From: Fimicolochytrium jonesii
Lineage: Eukaryota
Assembly (NCBI RefSeq): GCF_025526975.1
Contig: NW_026515699.1
Span: 248,001-312,000 of the forward strand
Direction of reading: 5' to 3'
Length of the DNA: 64,000 nt
Made by a program: the position numbers and the translations under genes. The notes under the pieces are model-generated. The model was not told where the DNA came from. It ran no database searches and saw only the letters and a program-made list of their open reading frames with translations. Below, one piece after another: positions 55,982 through 64,000 of the stretch; the first letter of the stretch is position 1; each line of letters starts with the position of its first letter.

Positions 55982-58572
55982 CTACTCATCCTCCTCCTCA
56001 TCCTCCTCCTCATCCTCCCCCTCCTCGTCCTCCTCCTCCTCCTCGTCCTCCTCCTCATCATCACTCATCCTAAACCTCCTAACCACATCTCCATCCTCCT
56101 CCACAACCTCATCCTCTCCATCACTCTCCCCATCCTCCTCATCAGCCCCCTTCTTCCCCCGTTTCTTCCTCGGCTGATCATCACTATCCTCATCCTCACT
56201 CCCCCTGTTCGCAGCCGCCGCCTCGGCATGCAGACGCGCAATCTCTTTTTCCTTAAGGGCTTGGCGCGCCGTGTTGTGTTTGTGGAGGGGGGAGGCGTTT
56301 GGATCGATTGTTGTGAGGAAGAGACGCTGGTGGAACAGAGGGGATGAGTGGGGTGGAAGGGGGGAGGGAAGGGGAAAGGAAGGGTGAAATCTTACCACTT
56401 GCGCGTCGTCTTTGGGGCTGAACTCTACCGCGGACCGCTTTTCTTCGATGAAGCGGCTGTTTTGTTCCAGCTGGTGGTTTTCATTCAGGGATGGTTAGAT
56501 GGTTTCTCGTATATATGTGAACGACATTCGGAGTCGGAGAGAGCGTACCTTTTCGACAAGCTGCTGGATCTGCTTGTTAACCTGGAAGTTTTTGGACCGC
56601 TTCACATATCGTTTCAACTGCAAAATCCCGAAGGAAAAAAAAAACGTAAGTCGCGAGCCCCAACCGGAATCGATGAAAGAAAGCGACATACCTGCAAAAT
56701 CGCGGGAACAGCCAACTCCGGGAACGAAATCGACAACGCAAACGCGCCATAGTAGTTGAACAGCAGGTTCACCACCTCCTCCACGACTCCGACCTGGTAC
56801 ACCCTCGTGCCAAGGTAGGGGTTGGGCGCCTTGATTGCGAGTGTAAAATCGATGGGTTTCTGCGTTGACGGCTTGGCCTTATTTTTCAACTCAGCGCTAT
56901 CGAAGATCTCAAACAGGTGCGACGCGACCGGGATGAACGTCTGAGTGTGCTGCGCGAGATCCGTAAGGGCGCGCACGCACTGGAATCGCATCGGGAAGAA
57001 TTTGGACGAGGGTTTGAGCCGCATGACGCCGATCGTGACCTGCACGAGCGGGTAGATAAGGGGCCGGAGTGCCGCGGAGGTGCCGGAGTCGAGGGGGCTG
57101 TTGACGTCGCAGTAAGTGGCGAGGACGCGGGTCCACAGACGTAACGAGTGGACGAATTGCCAGTTGTAGACCTGTTTGAAGGATTCTTTTGTTTTTGTAG
57201 TAATGGCGCTGCGGAGGTGCATGGCCATTTGGCGGATGGTCACGAAGCCGTGTTGGTACGTTGTGGCCAGGTGCAGCCCGCAGAGCTCGACGATACAGCT
57301 CATCATGAAATTGATGGTGGTCCATGTGTGCACGCTGGTGTTGCGGGATTGGTCGGCGAAGGCGCGGCAGGTTTTTTTGATGCCCAGGTCCAGATAGGGC
57401 GTGGGAGCGACGACGGCGAGGCGGCGGATACACAGGAAGGAGACGATGCGGACTTGCTCGTCGTCGGCGGGCGCTGTCCAGAAGTGCAGGAGGTTCTTTA
57501 AGAAGTCCTTCCCAAGTTTGGGGAAACTGGCAAAGTAGGGAGTGGCGCCGTCGGATTCGCGGAGAACGAATTTGATGAGAGTTGGGTCGGTCATGTTCTT
57601 GATGAGGCGGAGGTAGTTGGTGAGGAAGGATTTCACGAGCGGCTGGATCTTCTTCCATTTGGACGAGCTCGTGGGCAAACCCTTTCGTGGCTTTCCGTCT
57701 TCGGTAGGCGCGCCGTAAGCATGGTAGTTGAAGACCGCTGGGGCGTGCTTCACACACAGGAACAAGAGACTGTTCGACACTGCTCCGCTAGGGATCTTGT
57801 ACACGGACGAGTCTTCATCGGCGTCAGCGTCAGCCGCAATCGCAGCCGCGCGGAACGCTAGAAGCGCTTTCCGCAAGCCCCGCAGGCTGTGATTGTTGAT
57901 CATGGACGCTCGCCAGGTCGCAATCATCTCCTTTGTTACGACTGTCTTTCCATCGTCCAGCTCTTCCTCTTCCTCCCCTTCCTCGGCCTCGTCCACGTCC
58001 ATAGCATCATCGCCTTCTGCGGCGTCCTCCGCTTCATCCCCTGACGAGACTTCCTCCTCATCCTGAAACTCCAGCAGCTCCTGGTCGTTCTCCTGCAAGA
58101 ACTTGAAGAACTCAGGGTCCTTCTTCTTCAGCTCCTCCAGCTCGTGTTTGTGATCCGCGATGTCCACATTGAGATCCTTCTTTGCCCGTTTCTTCTCGGA
58201 AATCACGCCGTCAACCTCCATCTCCTCCTCATCCCCTTCGTCGGACCCAGCATCAGACGACCCCTCCAGATCACTTAAATCCTCCAAATCATCTACAGAC
58301 CCATCCGACTCTGATCCAGCGCCAGCGTCGCTGTCTGCATCCGAATCCGAACCGGGTGCTAAGCCGGCGTCATCGAAGCCGTCATCGGAATCACTGTCTG
58401 CCTCCATGTCCGACGCTTCCACTGGCACATCCTCTACTGGTGTTTCTGCTTTCGGGGCTGGTTTTCCGCCCTTGCGGTGCTTGTTTGCTGATTGGACCTT
58501 TTTCCGCCGTTGAACCACATCTTTCAAGTGGTTCTTGACAAACTTTTTCGTACTCTTCTTTGCTTTTCCCAT
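55982..58572 (-). CDS. NOC2: Nucleolar complex protein 2, multi-exon
   Basis: MGKAKKSTKKF, LKKKDPEFFKFLQENDQELLEF, VYNWQFVHSLRLW, LRPLIYPLVQ, SISFPEL; acidic C-terminal tail. Confidence 0.95.
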
Positions 58573-59281
58573 TTTGCCTCGACTTCGTATGGAGACAGAA
58601 TGCTATAGTGTCTATCGAGCGTCCTGTTCGGATGCGTGGAGTACTGAGGACGATAGGTGACAGACTACAGAACAAGTGACCCAAAACTGAAAATGGCCGA
58701 GACAACATTAGTCCCAATTCGCCAACCCGACAGGCGGAGAGGACGCTGTACAAGCACTCCTCAAACTACCAAGGGCGCTCTATTGCTGAAGAGTATCCTG
58801 CTCACTGCGTACCCACCTTTGAATGCGTCTGTTTGCTTGGAAAGGCATGCTGGGAAGAGCCCGTTGAACTGAGCGTGGAACGAAAGGGCGGTTGGTCACG
58901 TGATGCACAGAGTCCCTAATGTGGCGCCACAGATTGACGGCTCCAAGCCACCCACTCGCTGTCGAACTCCCCGTCATTCCTCGACATGTGTCTGCTCCAC
59001 ACGGCATAGATCTGCTGGGATCCCAATTTTCCAGCAAGTAGTTTCGTAGTGGCCTCCACTTGTTGATCAATGAGTGGAGTAATACAGCGAGGTTGAAAGC
59101 CAGCAATGTTGAACATTCTGTGTCTCTCCATGCCAACACTAACCCATTGCACTGCAGGATCTTTCAACCGGATAGGTAGGGTAATTTGAGGAACATCACC
59201 GTTCCCCACACGACCGAGTTCATGATCGCTCACAACGCTCCTGACAGCCAGACTTCCACAGGAGTCGAACAATTGGCCACC

Positions 59282-59749
59282 ATGCCGTCCTTCAAAGATG
59301 TTACTCATGCCATCTTCTGCGCCTTCGCTTTGGCTCTCTTCGTCCACAGCGTTGTACTTACTCCGGCTGTCATAGTCGAGTCCTGTCCCAGCCGGGATCA
59401 GGCATCACTGTGGTGGGCACCGTTTCAGCTGCCCGACGAATTTTATATGAAGGTTTACGTCGGTCGCCGCGAAGATTTGTCAAAGGATCTCTATACGATT
59501 GCACACAAATTGGATACCAGCGCCGGCATACTGAAATGGACTCCGGACCACATGAAGCATGTTCTGGCGAACGAAAATGTGCCTTTAAGCGACCTTTACA
59601 TGTGCTTTACCATTGTCAAGAAACAGTGGAAGCGTCACATCATTCAGCACGTCGTTGCCGTTGATCGAGCTCACAGAGAAGAGCGTGATTTGACCGGCAT
59701 ACTATGGATTGACTTGAGCGCTTTCCGTAGGCTTTTCCAATGCATATGA
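59282..59749 (+). CDS. Orphan protein (155 aa) with signal-peptide/anchor-like N-terminus
   Basis: MPSFKDVTHAIFCAFALALFVHSVVL; intact intronless ORF. Confidence 0.45.
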   Translation: MPSFKDVTHAIFCAFALALFVHSVVLTPAVIVESCPSRDQASLWWAPFQLPDEFYMKVYVGRREDLSKDLYTIAHKLDTSAGILKWTPDHMKHVLANENVPLSDLYMCFTIVKKQWKRHIIQHVVAVDRAHREERDLTGILWIDLSAFRRLFQCI

Positions 59750-60088
59750 AAGCTAAAGCCGCTGTGTCTGGGCATTGTTTGCAGCAGTGGCTGGGGCTCA
59801 ATTTCTGAGCAGTGTCGATGCATTTCGCAAAGCGGCTCTGAGAGGTTCCTTACTCATAGGTCGGCTTGCATCAACTTGGCCCGACATGGTTCCTTCATTA
59901 TATTCTCCCCCAATGTACTGTATATATTACAAATTACCTCATTCTGGTGGTGCACGAGCATCAGTTTCATCCTATGTATGTACATCATGCCCCCCTCATC
60001 TCGCCCCCAACATCTATAGCTTCTGGCTACCCCAACTACTTCTCCCCAAATACTCTGGCCGAAAGCAATTTCCAAATACGCCATGTTC

Positions 60089-61419
60089 TCAACTTCGACA
60101 AAGCCCAATCCGCTGCATCCGTTCCTGATCCCCAGCTTCGGTTTCCCCCGGAATCACCGCCCATGACACACAGTAATGATCCGACAACAGCTGCCATTCC
60201 TCCACTTCATCAAAGATCTCCAGTTTCGATATCCTAACAAACGACACCAATCAGCTTTGAAAGGTAAAATCCACCCGCCTATTCCCCATCTCTCACCTGC
60301 CCCTCTCCTCCACCCCTAACCCCTCCCAAAACATATTCATATCCACCGCGCCCGCCTCCTCCCACCCACACTCCCCAAACCTCCTCTTCTGCGCCTTCAA
60401 ATCCGGCCACTCCCTCCACCCACGCAACTCAATCCCCCTCCCTCGCAAATTCTGCGCCATCACCCGCCCAAACGCATCATCAGGGTGGATCTGCTCGTAC
60501 ACCACAAACATGCCACCTCCGCCGCCGCTGCGAACTAGCGAGGACGTGGCGTTTAGGATTGAGCGTGAGAGAGCAGGTGGGAGGTAAATGAGCACGCATT
60601 CGCAGAGGAAGAGGGTCGGGAGGGTGGTGTCGAGGCCGAGGGATTGGAGATGGGGGATGAGGTGGGAGGCGAAGGTGCGTAGGTCGCCGGATAGGAGGTG
60701 GTAGTCCGAGCCGTGCAGGGCTAGGCCTCCGCGGTCTGGATGGGTGATAGGGAAGAGGATTTGTGAGATTTGAGAGATGTTGACGGTGAGAAGAGTGGAT
60801 CACAGACCAATCTTGTAAGGTCCCACAAGTGTTGCCAACGTCGGATTTCTGGCGATCGTCTGCCCTTTCTTCGAGACAATCTCCGGGAAATCAATCTCAA
60901 AGTACTTCCGCGGCTGCCGTCCTGCCGCTTTCAACAGGAAATTTCTCGTATCCGACCCAGCACCCAAACTAACAATCTGTTTCCCTCGCGGATCCACATC
61001 CAAGAACTGATCTATGAGGGTTTCCAGCGCCTTTGATCGCGTGAACGTGCCTGCGACCCTGACGCGGTATCGATGAGTGCGGTGACATCGCGCGTGCATA
61101 GGAACGATTTCAATGGAAGGACGCAGTGTATCCTCACCTCTATTGATAACAGGCGGCCGTTTTTGCCCCCTTCTCACGAAGTGCTTGGCGTACGGGTCGG
61201 ACAGGTAGCCGAGATTGACAGCCGCGCTGGGAAGACACACCATCAGCGTCCGAAGAGCGTTTCAGGGAATGAAACCAAGACTGAGGTCGCTGTTCCCTTT
61301 GGCACTCACAGACGAGAGATGGAAGCGTCGTCGTTGGTGGAGCGGAGGGTGTCGTCGTCGTTGAGGTTGCTTGGGGCGGTGGATTCGAAGGAGGCGGTGG
61401 TGGTGGTGAACGTGGCCAT
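60089..61419 (-). CDS. PPM1: Leucine carboxyl methyltransferase (LCMT1), multi-exon
   Basis: TNDDASISRL|SAVNLGYL.DPY, PVINRG, QIVSLGAGSDTR, YFEIDFP, AECVLIYL, YEQI.PDDAFG, LEIFDEVEEW..HYC. Confidence 0.94.
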
Positions 61420-61769
61420 CTTGGGGATCGCGGAGTTACTTGTTTCTGTACAGGCGCGTACTGTATGTGTCCGTCTACGTCCTCTTCTGTATGGGCATAT
61501 GTGCTGCACGGTGTATTCGGGACGGCTGAGGATGGCTGAGGAGGAGGAAGGAAACGGTTGGGATGGGCGTTGCAAGTGTGAATTGGAAGCTGTGCGGAGA
61601 CGGCGCGGCAGGGAGGGTTCAGAGGCCCATTTGGACACCTCGTAGGGAGAAGCATTCCCAAGATTCCCATAGCACGCTGAAGAGCGCTGAAGGCAACCAC
61701 CCTCCGGACCATTGAGGCTTCCTTCATGTCGCTGGGCACCGACCGCTCTCCCACAGCGCTCCCTCCAAA

Positions 61770-64000
61770 ATGTCGACCCGAGACGTACTCTCCTGTCTGA
61801 CCGCCGACCTCAAGGCAGGCACCTCCGACCTCCTCCTCCCAACCCCCCCACCCATCAACACCTCCAAAGCCTACTCCATCCTCCACGCCTACACCACAAC
61901 GCACCCGCCCGTCGCCTCACCCACCTCCGCCACCTCCTCCTCCAGCACCCTCACAATCCAAACCTACAACCCCTCCGTCGACAAACTCGCCACCGAACTC
62001 ACCCAGCTCTTCAAAACCACCTTCGCGCCCACGAAGGAGATCGCCAACGCCAAAGGGGCGTACAAACTCACGCCGGCGCAGGTATCCTCGACGCAAGATA
62101 CGCGGCTGCTGATCTTTGCGGCGTGGTTGAAGCGGTTGTTGCCGATATATGATCCGGCCCGGTTTGCGGCGGATTGGTGGGAGGCGTTGATCAGGCCGTT
62201 GTTGGTGGCGGGGAGGTGGAGGCCGCTGTTGGATGTGTGTGGGGAGCTTGCGGTCGCGTTGTTGTGTACTGACTCGTGGGTTGCGACGAGCGCGACGGCG
62301 GCAGCGGGGAATGGGGGATCGCAGACGAACCTGCTGGCGGGGAACGTGACGGCCGCGGGCCAGTTCAGGCGCTCGGTGGCGTGGACCTATTTTGCTGAAC
62401 GGCATGCGTTCTGGGAGAAGGATAGCATTGCGACCACGCCTAAATCGGGGGGAAGTTCACCGGGTCGGGGAGCATCGACAACCATCGAACAGTCCAACGT
62501 CCCAACAACCACACGCCGCGTAGGCGCCTTCTGGGACTCCACCTCCTGTCTCAACTTTGAGAAGATCCTCATCTCGCTCGCAATCTCAAAACCCAAAGAA
62601 TTCTTTGACATCCTCAACGAGTTTGCGCTCATGAAGGAGTACCGCCTGCACCTGCTCGTCTTCCTCGCCAAGCTGATCAGACGCGAGGAGGCGCCCTGCT
62701 ACTATATCATCGACACCCCGCTGTTTGCCACGTTACTCGCGAGCGCGGGGAGGGATACCAACCCGGCGATTTTGACCTCTACGTTGAGTGTGCTTACGGC
62801 CCTGCTGCCGGTTGTGGCGACGCGATTGGCGGAGTATCTGGATGAGCTCATGGCGGGATTGGTGAGGGTGGTGAAGTGGGAAGCGGTGTTCGTGGGCGTT
62901 TTCAAAGGGGCTGAGGATGAGAGCAAACAAGGGCTGGAGCAAAACAACCCTGGTGGAGGAAGTGAGGGGTCCCGCGGCGCAGGTAAAGCGGAGGGAGACT
63001 TTGCGTTTGTATCTATCTCTATCCATGAACATGGCACTCAGCTGTGTTGATGATCAACAGGAGCCTCCACCCGCGCCAAATCGATCCTCACCGACTACAC
63101 CCTCGCCGCGGTGCACCAAGCCATCGAGAACTACTACACACTCCTGTACGGCATGTTCCCCTGTACCACCGTCGCCGCCGTGCGTTCAGTACTGACGAAG
63201 GACGAGTCGTCACCGCCATCGGTGAAGACAGGCAACAGTCTGCCGATGTTTGAGATCGCGGACGATCCGCTGGCGCAGCTGACGGAACGCTTGTTGGATG
63301 CGGATGATTGGGAGTTGGAGAAGGTTGTGGGGGGGCGGTTTAGGGTGAGTTCTTGGTTTGGAGTTACAATCAACCCCCTTATCCACCCTGACTGACACAA
63401 TCGCATTTATCAGAAACTCGTCGAAGCCCACAAACTCCACCCAAATCTTATCCTCTCGACTCCAGCAGACGAACGCAACACAATTCGTAACATCCAGAAA
63501 CCGCCGTCCGAAATCGTCGTGGAAAGCTTGGAGCTGCGTGTACCGGCCATCTCCCCACTCCTCGCTTCGCATCAGCAAAGGCCCTTGGTGCAGGGTCTAA
63601 AAGAGGAACAGACAGCACAGCACGACACCCCACTTGCGTCCCTGACCGCATTCACAATCCTCGACAACCAGCTCGCCGTCGCGCCCCGCCTCTTCCCGGC
63701 CACCGAGGGGGATAACCGCGACTCCTCGCCAAGGGACACGCGGGCTGTAGGCGGGAAGAATAACCCCGTATCCCCGCTCGTGGTGTCGCCGCTTGCCGCT
63801 GATGCGAAGAGTGTGGGTTCTGTGAGAAGCGAGCATGATCCGGTTGTTGCTGCTGTGGCTGTATCGGAGCCGGCGGTGGTGTCAACACAGACTGATGGTG
63901 TGGCAGTCAATGCGAGCAAATCGGTCGATTTCGATCTGGACCTTATCTTGCAGATGAACAGGGCGTTGCGCGTATCTGTTCTGGGGATCAAGGAAAGTTT
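61770..64000 (+). CDS. TSC1: Hamartin/TSC1 homolog, 5' part (continues beyond the window)
   Basis: KPKEFF..L, RLHLLVFL, YYTLLYGMFPC, HKLHPNL; N-terminal HEAT-like hamartin features. Confidence 0.78.

Overview
Gene-dense, intron-containing eukaryotic DNA of about 55-60% GC by eye. The gene set (BRD7/9-like, TSC1, PEX8, fungal LCCL protein, fungal-type DCD1) suggests an early-diverging fungus, probably a chytrid (inference). Recognisable genes: EFM3, DCD1, an LCCL membrane protein, SES1, MSN5/exportin-5, GDT1, a BRD7/9-like bromodomain protein, an ARE/ACAT MBOAT, CAP2, a NUG1/GNL3-like GTPase, a PEX8-like protein, a GNAT, a GH20 hexosaminidase, tRNA-Arg(ACG), GCN5, NOC2, PPM1 and TSC1 (truncated by the window end). 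Islands of decayed or orphan ORFs separate them. Most notable: (1) a family of related GCGAAGC/GCGGAGC-rich elements in five of the longest introns, all in the host's sense orientation; (2) two near-identical ~210-bp tRNA-Cys-like (SINE-like) repeats, inverted and 25.5 kb apart; (3) a NUG1-like protein with degenerate G1/G2/G3 motifs whose gene hosts a box C/D snoRNA candidate; (4) candidate RAD51AP1-like and SYCP3-like proteins. All gene models were spliced by eye and no database searches were run.
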